From the IMG/VR virus record IMGVR_UViG_3300026488_000018, positions 1 to 64,000 of that record: a stretch of DNA of 64,000 nucleotides; one strand, given 5' to 3'. The translations under genes were made by a program, and so were the position numbers. The notes below the pieces were generated by a model. It was not told the origin of the DNA. It saw only the letters and a list, made by a program, of their open reading frames with translations, and did no database searches. Positions 10,138 through 18,781 of this stretch are shown in pieces (the first letter of the stretch is position 1; each line of letters begins with the position of its first letter). The DNA is from a virus.

Positions 10138-10600
10138 TGCTGGTCTTAAGGGTGAGGTGCGTATTATTGTTAGGCGGAGTGATGGTTCTGTTGAAGAACA
10201 TTCCTTTCGGAATGTCATCACAGATGCGGGAAAAACATGGCTTCTTAAGTTGGGTTTTACGGATGAAACTGCGCGGTTTAGGTATATTGCGATTGGTACT
10301 GGAACAACTCCAGAGAGTTCTTCAGATACGGCGTTAGAGAATGAAATTGTTAGAGTTAATGCAGGTGTTGAATTTGTCACTATTGATACTAATAATGATG
10401 CAGTTCGCTTGCACGGGGTATTTGATTCGAGCGTTGTGAGTGGTTTGCAGAGTATAACTGAGGCGGGCGTATTTAATGACGCGAGTGGGGGCGTATTGCT
10501 GGCGCGGAGAGTATTTCCAGTTATTAACGTTGATTTTGATGCAGGTGATGTTCTTGAGATATTTTGGACGATTCAGTTAAAGTATCTGGGTGAGGAGTGA
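10115..10600 (+). CDS. Tail/baseplate fibre-attachment protein
   Basis: NVITDAGK, IAIGTG, DTALENE, ITEAGVF motifs of tail-fibre N-terminal-like family. Confidence 0.75.
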   Translation: MVVMIKSDAGLKGEVRIIVRRSDGSVEEHSFRNVITDAGKTWLLKLGFTDETARFRYIAIGTGTTPESSSDTALENEIVRVNAGVEFVTIDTNNDAVRLHGVFDSSVVSGLQSITEAGVFNDASGGVLLARRVFPVINVDFDAGDVLEIFWTIQLKYLGEE

Positions 10601-11328
10601 TGGTGCTGGCATGGCTTAGGGGTGTTGATGATGCTAAACCGATTTTTCCAACGTACTTAGAGGCGTTTGTTCAGGCACTGAATGGGAAGTATGTTGTTAC
10701 AGGATTGGAAGTTACCTCGAGTGGCAATAACGATTTGGTTATTAATGTTGCGAGTGGCAAGGTTAAGTACGATATGATTGTTTACGATGTAAACGGAACG
10801 AGTTTTACCTTAACAGCAGCCCCCACGGGCACTGTTAGGTATGATGTCATTGTTTGGGATGGTGTAGACCAGGCCCTGAAAGTTTTGGAAGGCACGGGAA
10901 CGTTGAGTTTACCTAACGGGTTGGTTGTGAGTAAGACTGCGCGCCTGGAAGATACACAGATTCCGCTCGCGGTTGTGAGAGTGAATGGTACTAAGGGTTA
11001 TATTGATGATGGAGATATTTTCGATGCGCGCGTCAGCGTCGGGGATTTTGCAACGAATTTAAGAACGGTTGAGGTTAGTTCTGATTATGAGGCAAAATAT
11101 AACGATGCGATGTTGGTTGATACAAGCGCCGGTGATGTGACTATTGTCCTACCCGAGCCTCGCGATGATAACATTGTTCTTGTCAAGAAAACCAGCGCAG
11201 ACAGCAACGCAGTATTGATTATGAGTGTTAACGGCGAGTTGATTGATGGTGAAAATCAGATTGAGATTTACGAACAAGATGTGAGTTTGATGTTTTTTGG
11301 TTCGGGAGGTAAATGGGTGATTATCTAA
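10597..11328 (+). CDS. Tail-fibre-associated structural protein
   Basis: GLEV..VASG..RYD..IPLA..D.R domain plus C-terminal VDTSAGDVTIVLP domain common in fibres. Confidence 0.65.
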   Translation: MMVLAWLRGVDDAKPIFPTYLEAFVQALNGKYVVTGLEVTSSGNNDLVINVASGKVKYDMIVYDVNGTSFTLTAAPTGTVRYDVIVWDGVDQALKVLEGTGTLSLPNGLVVSKTARLEDTQIPLAVVRVNGTKGYIDDGDIFDARVSVGDFATNLRTVEVSSDYEAKYNDAMLVDTSAGDVTIVLPEPRDDNIVLVKKTSADSNAVLIMSVNGELIDGENQIEIYEQDVSLMFFGSGGKWVII

Positions 11329-11340
11329 GGGGGTATTGTC

Positions 11341-12576
11341 ATGGCTGAGATTAAGTTTTGGGACGATGGTATTGTAAAGAAGAAGATTGCGTACAACCCA
11401 AATGTCGGGCAGTTAGGTGTAACTGTTGATGATAATGAGTGGAAATATTTTGATGAACCAGTGCAAGGTTATGATTACATCATTTTCAAGGATGATAATT
11501 ATGTTTATGCCAAGAATGGTAGAACAGGAAAGATTGAATTTAAAGGGGAAGCAGGAGTGGATGATGCGAAAGTGATACAGAATGTATTCGATATAGTTAC
11601 TGAAAACCAGACAATATACGTAAAAGGAAATTTTAAAATATCTACAATAATTCAGGTTAAGACTACATCAATAATTGTTTTTTCAGGTAAGCTAATAGCA
11701 AACGCAGACACGGGTGCAATTTTGAAAGTTTTATCTACAGCTCCAAAAACTATCTTAATTAACCTGTATATAGATGGTAACAACAGAACTTTCGACACAA
11801 GAGGTATTAGAATAGAAGCTACGGATGTAGTACTATTTAATCCACGTGTTGAAAATTGTTTACGGCATGGAATACAAGTATATCACTCATCTCGGACAGT
11901 TGATAATGGGGCAATAATTAATCCTTATGTAAACAATTGTGGAAGTCAAACGGGAGAAGCGAATATTCACATATATAGAGCAATTGGGTACAAAGTCATT
12001 GGTGGATACTCAGCTAACAACCAAGCAGATAACGGACTGTACTTTGCTGAGAGTTATGATTGTATTGCAAAAGGAATTGTTCTTGAGGGTAATGCAACAA
12101 ACGGGGTTCACTCGAATGCAAATGAGTTGGGTAAGGGTAATGTGTTGATTGGAGTTATAGCGAGAAACAATACTAATAGCGGAATTTTGAGTGATTATGC
12201 AGATGAGATAATAGGATGTAAGTGTTACGGAAATGACCACGGGGTATCAGTAGGTTATGGGACAAAAGTCATAGGCGGGGAGTTTTATAACAACAATACT
12301 CATGGGATTTTTAGATATGCCAGTGAGACAATAAGAGCAGATATAACAATTTTAGGAGCTACTTGTAGAAACAATGGTTACGATGGGATTCGCCTCTGGA
12401 ATGTAACACATTGCAAGGTTCTCGGGTGTAATGTGATTGACAACGGAGCATATGGCATACACGGTGCTGGTGGTGAAGACTACTTAATAATTACAAATAA
12501 CATTGTAACAGGAAATACATCAGGAGCGATTTCAGTTGGTGGCTCAAACAATGTTATAGCAAACAATATAACGTAA
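11341..12576 (+). CDS. Beta-helix spike/adhesin 2
   Basis: [12 protein letters not shown] module followed by NN-x-x-GI right-handed beta-helix repeats. Confidence 0.8.
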   Translation: MAEIKFWDDGIVKKKIAYNPNVGQLGVTVDDNEWKYFDEPVQGYDYIIFKDDNYVYAKNGRTGKIEFKGEAGVDDAKVIQNVFDIVTENQTIYVKGNFKISTIIQVKTTSIIVFSGKLIANADTGAILKVLSTAPKTILINLYIDGNNRTFDTRGIRIEATDVVLFNPRVENCLRHGIQVYHSSRTVDNGAIINPYVNNCGSQTGEANIHIYRAIGYKVIGGYSANNQADNGLYFAESYDCIAKGIVLEGNATNGVHSNANELGKGNVLIGVIARNNTNSGILSDYADEIIGCKCYGNDHGVSVGYGTKVIGGEFYNNNTHGIFRYASETIRADITILGATCRNNGYDGIRLWNVTHCKVLGCNVIDNGAYGIHGAGGEDYLIITNNIVTGNTSGAISVGGSNNVIANNIT

Positions 12577-12721
12577 AATGACCCATTGTAATGCTGACGG
12601 GGTATGAATGATGCTATGTTAGCATATAAGAAATGAATTTGGGGTGTTAGTTAAATGAAGTCATATATCGGCGAAGGCAAGTTGTTAGTTTAAGTTTTTA
12701 ATTTTCTTTTCAGTATTTTTA

Positions 12722-13240
12722 TTGGGTGAGAAAAAAACGGCGGAGCATTGGTGGTTTACGTATAACGATTTTACAGATACTAATTTCGGTGCGGTATATA
12801 GTAGTAGTATGACTGAGTTCGATAGTGTAAGTGGTGCACATGAGTTTTCAGTGAGGGATTTTAACAAGAATTTCAAGGCATCTATGGATATAAATGACGT
12901 TGATTTTATTAAACATGTTAAGTTGTGGATGAGGGGTTATAGGCAAACAGTGTTTGGTGACGGTTTCACGTTAGGGTTATTTGGCGGGTATCGTGTATTA
13001 CCAGGTAAGATAGATTTAATTGGAATAAGAACGAAAATGCCCAGGAGACTGAAGGTTAATTATGATAGTGTAGCATGGTTAAGAGATATACAGGTATCGA
13101 GAATTGGCAAGATTTTAGAGGCGAAGGGTTTATATATTGTAGATGCAAATATATATACGAGACTATTATGTCTGTTTAAAGAAGTGAGAAAGAGGGTTAG
13201 AATGGCAGTGCGGATGTTTCTGCGGAGGGGATGGAGATGA
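12722..13240 (+). CDS. Hypothetical protein
   Basis: ORF after promoter-like 12695-12717; start uncertain. Confidence 0.55.
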   Translation: MGEKKTAEHWWFTYNDFTDTNFGAVYSSSMTEFDSVSGAHEFSVRDFNKNFKASMDINDVDFIKHVKLWMRGYRQTVFGDGFTLGLFGGYRVLPGKIDLIGIRTKMPRRLKVNYDSVAWLRDIQVSRIGKILEAKGLYIVDANIYTRLLCLFKEVRKRVRMAVRMFLRRGWR

Positions 13241-13557
13241 AGCGACCAGTGATATACGCAGGCAGCTACGGTATTGATATTTATGCTGATGTTGGCGATG
13301 CTATTGAATGTAAGTTCAGGGTTATTAAGCCGAGCGGAGTAGAAGTTTACTGGGAATGCACACGAGATGAAAACGGACTATGGTATTATAGAACAAAAAA
13401 AGGCGATTTAGATGAGAGTGGATTTTATAGAATTGAGGCTGTTGTCAAGGAGGATGAATGTTCAGACGAAAAATTTATAAACTTTGGTGGGTTTAATGTA
13501 TCTGAAAGCGAGTTGGTGATATACAATGAGAGAAAGTTTAATCAAAGAATTTGGTGA
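13231..13557 (+). CDS. Small Ig-like/BppU-N-like protein, paralogue of 9868
   Basis: KPSG...YRTKKGDLDESGFY. Confidence 0.55.
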   Translation: MEMKRPVIYAGSYGIDIYADVGDAIECKFRVIKPSGVEVYWECTRDENGLWYYRTKKGDLDESGFYRIEAVVKEDECSDEKFINFGGFNVSESELVIYNERKFNQRIW

Positions 13558-13750
13558 ACAATGGTATTCTGAGCACTGGCCATACGTGCATTATGTTTAT
13601 TCGATGACGAAGAACGCGAGAGATAACGGGTTTAAGGATTGGATGATAGAATTCAAGGTGGGTAACACAACATTCACAGGTATTGTTAGGGATGAGGCGA
13701 AGGTGATAATTGAGAAGGAGGATAAATTTGTCGAGGAGGTGATAGGATGA
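13526..13750 (+). CDS. Hypothetical protein
   Basis: Overlapping ORF with SD GGTGA. Confidence 0.55.
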   Translation: MRESLIKEFGEQWYSEHWPYVHYVYSMTKNARDNGFKDWMIEFKVGNTTFTGIVRDEAKVIIEKEDKFVEEVIG

Positions 13751-14028
13751 TGGTTCGTGGTGTAGAGGTTAAGTTTTTAGGTGAAGATGGAAATATTGTT
13801 CGTAAGCATGTTATGGTATTCTTTAGAGCTATTGATGAGGAATATTTAGACAAGAATCTTAAGGAGCGCGGTTTTGTTAAAAAGTTTGGTACGTGGGTTA
13901 AGGGAAATATTGTAGTTGAGAAAGTTGATTATGAGTTTAGTTATTCGACTGTTAGTCATGTGGATTTTGGATTTATATTGGATTTGCTAATGAAGAACAG
14001 AGAGCGAAAACATGAGGAGGCGGGTTGA
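13747..14028 (+). CDS. Hypothetical protein
   Basis: ATGA overlap, SD GGAGGTGA. Confidence 0.6.
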   Translation: MMVRGVEVKFLGEDGNIVRKHVMVFFRAIDEEYLDKNLKERGFVKKFGTWVKGNIVVEKVDYEFSYSTVSHVDFGFILDLLMKNRERKHEEAG

Positions 14029-14155
14029 AACAGGGCACGAAATTTAGTTTGTTTGGTTTTACGGTTATATTTCATTTTTGCTACGTGGTAGACGGGATAC
14101 AACAACCAGCGGTGTTTGTTTAAGGAATTGTTTGAATAAATGGAGGGGTGGTATT

Positions 14156-14431
14156 ATGGAGGTTTATGTTGTTGTTGAGGGGGATGTTATTCTCGGCGTA
14201 TTTACAAGGGAGGATGTTGCAAAGGAAGTTGTTTCTATGATTGGCGATGACGATGTCTGGTATGAGAAACATGAGATAGATTCCCCGGTTTACGTGTATG
14301 ATTGTGGTGAGTTTAGGGTTGGTGTCAGGCATGACGAGGGGGAGGAGTGGATAGTCCGCATAGGTCCAGGCAAGAAGTATGTATGCAGGAAGATTTATGA
14401 GTGGAGGGGGAACGAAGATGAATTGGATTGA
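14156..14431 (+). CDS. Hypothetical protein
   Basis: SD GGAGGGGTGG; MEVYVV...GVF..E..A N-terminus common in viral small proteins. Confidence 0.6.
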   Translation: MEVYVVVEGDVILGVFTREDVAKEVVSMIGDDDVWYEKHEIDSPVYVYDCGEFRVGVRHDEGEEWIVRIGPGKKYVCRKIYEWRGNEDELD

Positions 14432-15113
14432 TTTCATTATCTGGGCAATTATCACACTGGGCATTGTTTTAGGCGGTATTGTTGCTTCTCGGTGGTTTGG
14501 ACGGGGTGTGTTTTACGGGCTTTACGCGGGGCTTACTGTTGTGGCGAATATAATTGCAGTGAAGTTGATTACGATAGGGAGTTTTGTTGTTCCAGCTGCG
14601 GTGTTAGTATATAGCGCAACCTTTCTCGTGACTGATATTATTGATGAAGTGTGGGGTAGGAAGGAAGGTTATAGGGTTGTTATGACGGGGTTTATTACAA
14701 ACATTGTCGCAGTTATTGCAATATGGCTAGCAGTTCACTGGCAAGCTGCCCCGTTTGTGTCAGAGGATTTTACCAAATCGTTTAGCAGTGTTCTCAGTAT
14801 GGCTCCACGCATAGTTGGCGCGAGTGTTGTGAGTTATTTGATTTCGCAGAATCACGATGTTTGGGCGTTCCATTTTTGGAAGGATAAAACTGGTGGCAAG
14901 TACCTTTGGCTAAGGAATAATGCGAGTACAATAGTTAGTCAGGCAATTGATACGATTGTGTTTATAGGTCTTGCGTTTTATGGAGTAGTCCCAACCGATG
15001 TATTGTTTGATATGATACTGGGACAGTATGTGGTGAAAGTTCTTATAGCCCTGACCGACACACCGTTTGTTTATTTGGGTGTATGGGTGACAAGGAAGGT
15101 GTATGACATATGA
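14418..15113 (+). CDS. yhhQ: Queuosine precursor (preQ0/preQ1) transporter, YhhQ/VUT family
   Basis: ANIIAVKL, TDIIDEVWG, PRIVGAS, SQNHDV, LWLRNNASTIVSQAIDT, DTPFVY motifs. Confidence 0.9.
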   Translation: MNWIDFIIWAIITLGIVLGGIVASRWFGRGVFYGLYAGLTVVANIIAVKLITIGSFVVPAAVLVYSATFLVTDIIDEVWGRKEGYRVVMTGFITNIVAVIAIWLAVHWQAAPFVSEDFTKSFSSVLSMAPRIVGASVVSYLISQNHDVWAFHFWKDKTGGKYLWLRNNASTIVSQAIDTIVFIGLAFYGVVPTDVLFDMILGQYVVKVLIALTDTPFVYLGVWVTRKVYDI

Positions 15114-15381
15114 AGAAGCTCGAATCTCGTCTTTTTTCTTATTTTGATTCCGGTAAACGTGTAGTTGAAGTTGATGATTATGATGAGTTGGAACACGAAG
15201 TGATTAAAAAATCGAGAAGACTGATAACCCAACAGCCCCGTATTGTTACAAAGGCCGTATTGGTAAGTTGAATGTAAAGGTGTATTGCGAAATAGATGGC
15301 GATGGGGTAAAGTGGATTAGATTGTATCGCAGGGATAAGATTGTTGATATCTTTCCAAAGAGTGAAGATGACGATTTTTAA
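15110..15381 (+). pseudogene. Small ORF interrupted by an A6 frameshift (or sequencing error)
   Basis: ATGA-coupled start; one extra A at 15206-15211 gives a continuous ~90-aa ORF ending at TAA 15381. Confidence 0.45.
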
Positions 15382-15397
15382 ATGTTTGTGCAGTATT
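15375..15397 (+). promoter_or_regulatory. Viral promoter consensus upstream of the tail operon
   Basis: TTTTTAAA-TGTTTGTGCA-GTATT. Confidence 0.7.
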
Positions 15398-15419
15398 TTT
15401 TACAGTAAGGTGAGTAAGT

Positions 15420-16043
15420 ATGGATGGAGCAGATATTGTATACTTGACTCTTTTGGATATGTTTGACGGTGTTTCGTTTGGAAAAACTATTCGTGTTGAT
15501 TATGTTTATAATCAGAAGAGGGCAGATGTGAGGGACGCAGATTGGGTGTTTGTATATGAAATTTTTTCTAACGTGAATTGGCTGGGGATTAATACGAATA
15601 CATATGATATTGTTTCGCGTGTTGCTATTGACGTTCGAACGGCGGATAAGCAACGTTACGCGATGCTGAAAAAACATATTTTGGATTGGTTCAGGAGCGC
15701 GAAGTACGAATTTAATGGGGATGATGAACCTGTTGAGTTGAGAGAATTCGACGATTTTGTTGAGTTTAAGCATGATGGTGCATATGTTGTTAGTGTTCGG
15801 TATCTTGGGAGTGATGAGTTAGCGCGTGGCGATTACGTTAAATTGGTATTTGATGATGGTACGTTTATTACAGGCTGGGTGTGGGGCATTTATAACGGCA
15901 GACTAGTGATTTTTCAGCGCCGTGGTATTTTCTGGATGGTGATGATTGATTCGATAAACGAGTTGAGTGATAAGATGAAGGGGTTGTATAGGTTTGTTAT
16001 TAATGTTAGAGTTAGAATGTTTATAGGGGTGTGTTGTAAATGA
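15420..16043 (+). CDS. Putative tail terminator/completion protein
   Basis: Directly upstream of tail tube; IDVRT and C-terminal LSDK..GLYRF pattern. Confidence 0.5.
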   Translation: MDGADIVYLTLLDMFDGVSFGKTIRVDYVYNQKRADVRDADWVFVYEIFSNVNWLGINTNTYDIVSRVAIDVRTADKQRYAMLKKHILDWFRSAKYEFNGDDEPVELREFDDFVEFKHDGAYVVSVRYLGSDELARGDYVKLVFDDGTFITGWVWGIYNGRLVIFQRRGIFWMVMIDSINELSDKMKGLYRFVINVRVRMFIGVCCK

Positions 16044-16840
16044 CGGTTTTTACAGGTAATAAAGGTAGTGTTGTATATAGTATAGATGGTGGCACTACAT
16101 GGAAAAATTTTGGAACGGGTGTAAGCATAAATAATGTCAGTTTGAGGAGAGAGATTATTCAAGTGACTGGTGTTGGCTGTAGAAAACCTCAGGCGCTGGT
16201 GGGTGGTCGGTATAGCGCATCATGGAGTATTGATTTTAATCCAACAGACGGAAAAATTAAGGAAATTATAGATGATTTGGGGTTACTGGGAGTAAATCCA
16301 ACGAAGTTTAGTCTCAAAATGGAAGTTGATGGTATATCATACATTTCGAATGATACGTATGCGTCGAGATTAACGTTGACGAGCAGAATAGGTGAAGTTG
16401 TGCGCGGCACGATTGAGGGTGTGGCAATGGATTTTTTAGTTGGGACTGGAAACGGTGATATAAATTGTGATCATGGTTCACCTATAACGTTTGTGGATAG
16501 CAGTGTTAGTGTTGATGGTGAAGACGCCGGTTATGTTAGGAGTGTGAGCATAAATATAAATTCAGCTATTGAGCCAGTGTACACACTCGGTACCGAGTAT
16601 TTTCAGGATGTTTATGGGAGAGTTATAACGCTTTCGGGTAGGATGAGTATAGTTTTGAATTCTATAGGTATGTATACGAAGTTTAAGAGCGGGAGTGATG
16701 TAACATTTAGCATTAGGATGGGTAGTAATACTTTGACGTTCACACCAAGTAAGATAGAAGAGGTGGGTACTAGTATTAGACCCGGTGAAGTTGTAGAAAT
16801 GTCGCTGGCATTTGTGGGTAAGGATTTAACGGTGGTATGA
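16040..16840 (+). CDS. Major tail tube protein
   Basis: Two-fold beta-rich repeat, SVSININSAIEPVYTLG motif; context before chaperones and tape measure. Confidence 0.7.
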   Translation: MTVFTGNKGSVVYSIDGGTTWKNFGTGVSINNVSLRREIIQVTGVGCRKPQALVGGRYSASWSIDFNPTDGKIKEIIDDLGLLGVNPTKFSLKMEVDGISYISNDTYASRLTLTSRIGEVVRGTIEGVAMDFLVGTGNGDINCDHGSPITFVDSSVSVDGEDAGYVRSVSININSAIEPVYTLGTEYFQDVYGRVITLSGRMSIVLNSIGMYTKFKSGSDVTFSIRMGSNTLTFTPSKIEEVGTSIRPGEVVEMSLAFVGKDLTVV

Positions 16841-17250
16841 TGATTGATATTATTGTAAAAGATGAGCAAATAAAGGGACTGGTTGAATACACGTTGAACC
16901 GTTTAAGTGAGAGGTTTAAGGTTATATTGGAGAATAATATGGAGTCTATTGGTGGGTTTGAACATGTTAGAGAAAGGAATTTAGTTGTTATTGATAAACC
17001 AGCGTTTAGTGTTCGTATCGTAGGTGTTGATGTCCCTTATGCAAGGTACGTTGAGTTTGGAACAAGACCTCATATGCCCCCGGTTGAGCCGTTGATTAGG
17101 TGGGCGAAGAGGAAATTTAAGGTTGATGATGAAGAGGCGAAGAAAATTGGATGGTCTGTTGCAATGACTATTAAAAAGAAAGGAACTAAACCGCACCCGT
17201 TTTTTAGAAAGAGTATTGCTGAATTTATTGATGGAGGTGGTAAGTTATGA
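16837..17250 (+). CDS. HK97 gp10-like neck/tail completion protein
   Basis: YARYVEFGT, PP..PLIRWA, I.KKGT.PHPF motifs. Confidence 0.85.
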   Translation: MMIDIIVKDEQIKGLVEYTLNRLSERFKVILENNMESIGGFEHVRERNLVVIDKPAFSVRIVGVDVPYARYVEFGTRPHMPPVEPLIRWAKRKFKVDDEEAKKIGWSVAMTIKKKGTKPHPFFRKSIAEFIDGGGKL

Positions 17251-17558
17251 TGGAAGTTGTTGAGATTGAAAAGGATGGTAAGATGTTTAAGTTTTATGTG
17301 GGGGAGCTTACTTGGGGAGATATTCAGGATATAAAGGATGAATGTTTTATTGTTAAGGGCCCGAATGATATTGAAGTTAAGACCGGTAAATTACAGCTGA
17401 TGCTCCTACATAAGAGTATTAGGAAGGTTGAAAATGAGAATGGTAGAACTGTGAAGTGGACTATTAATGATACTCGTAATCTTTCACCTAAGGATGCGGC
17501 GAAGATATTCGAGGTTGCGGATAAAATAAACAATTTCGAGGACTTGTTTCGGTATTGA
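17247..17558 (+). CDS. Tail assembly chaperone (gpG-like)
   Basis: Position between tail tube and tape measure; W.I...R.L pattern. Confidence 0.7.
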   Translation: MMEVVEIEKDGKMFKFYVGELTWGDIQDIKDECFIVKGPNDIEVKTGKLQLMLLHKSIRKVENENGRTVKWTINDTRNLSPKDAAKIFEVADKINNFEDLFRY

Positions 17559-17808
17559 TAAGAAGTTAGAGCAGGATATTGAGGATTGGATGTTATTTGA
17601 TGCGAATCCAACTGATGAGGTGATGAGGTTATATGTTTATTACATTTTTGCACGGAAATTTGGCTGGACGCCAAACGAAGTTGACCAACTCCCTCACCGT
17701 ATTGTCAAAGGGTTGATTGTTATGCTTAGAGCAGATGCGAAGAGGAAGGAGTTGGAGATGAGTGAGAGGGAACTTATGAGTTCGTTGGGTGAGTTGTATG
17801 GCATATGA
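17548..17808 (+). CDS. Tail assembly chaperone extension (gpT-like), probably reached by +1 frameshift
   Basis: FGWTPNEVDQLP motif; +1 frame open across TTT-CGG at 17547-17552. Confidence 0.65.
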   Translation, partial: FGIDKKLEQDIEDWMLFDANPTDEVMRLYVYYIFARKFGWTPNEVDQLPHRIVKGLIVMLRADAKRKELEMSERELMSSLGELYGI

Positions 17809-18781
17809 GTTGGAAGTTGAATTGAAGATTGATGTTGAGAAAGTCAGACAGAATATTAGTGAGGCGGTGAAGCCAATTTATGATGCGATGGGAAAGAAAA
17901 CTGAAACAAAGAAATCTGGTGGTGAGTCGGGTGATAATATATTGAGAGCGATTCGGAAGTTTTTTGAGAGTGGCCCCGGTGGAATGATTACGTCTATTGC
18001 GAAGTTGATAGGGTTGGGCGGTATTGCCGGTTTGGCTGTTAAATTTAGTGAGTTTTCGGGTTATATGCAGGCAACGTTACGGTTGTTGGATACGTTTGTG
18101 AATTTGTTATTTAAGCCGATAGCCGATTTATTTGGTGCAGTATTAATGCCAATGTTGATACCCGTTATAAAGTTGTTAGCGAAATTTTTGCCAATATGGA
18201 ATGATGTTATGAGGAAATGGATGCAGGGTATTGGAAAAACTGGCTGGGGCGGTGCTATTGAGTTAGCGTCAATTGGTGCTGGGTTTATGTTAGGCGGTCC
18301 AGTTGGTGCATTAGTTGGTGCATTTTTACCAATGCTAATAAATTGGATTATTAAGTCTGTTGATTGGAGTAGGTTTTGGCAAATTATGATTGACCAGATT
18401 CAACCACTCATTGACGAATTTAAGATGTTGAAGATTGTTATAGGTGATTTTATAGATTGGCTGAAGGGGCTAATACCGGATTCGGTTAAGGATTCAGTTA
18501 AGAAGGCGTGGGATGCTGCTTTTAACGCAGTTAAAGATGTGGCAGAGGGCGCAAAAAGAGCGGGTGGGTATTTACTTAGTGCAGCTGATAGAGAGATTTT
18601 TGCTGAGCTTAGGGGTGAGAGGTTTGTACCCCACAGTACTTGCCCGGTTCCTGGTATTAGTGTTGAGAATACGCCCAGTTATTTGACACGGTATGAGATA
18701 AATATTAATGTTGATAGTGTCGACATGGAAAGGTTGGCGGAAGTTGTTAGGAATGAAATTACAGCGATGGGTGATAGGTAA
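17798..18781 (+). CDS. Short tape measure protein
   Basis: Amphipathic helical Gly/Ala-rich protein after the chaperones; GGPVGALVG; C-terminal INININ. Confidence 0.7.
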   Translation: MAYELEVELKIDVEKVRQNISEAVKPIYDAMGKKTETKKSGGESGDNILRAIRKFFESGPGGMITSIAKLIGLGGIAGLAVKFSEFSGYMQATLRLLDTFVNLLFKPIADLFGAVLMPMLIPVIKLLAKFLPIWNDVMRKWMQGIGKTGWGGAIELASIGAGFMLGGPVGALVGAFLPMLINWIIKSVDWSRFWQIMIDQIQPLIDEFKMLKIVIGDFIDWLKGLIPDSVKDSVKKAWDAAFNAVKDVAEGAKRAGGYLLSAADREIFAELRGERFVPHSTCPVPGISVENTPSYLTRYEININVDSVDMERLAEVVRNEITAMGDR

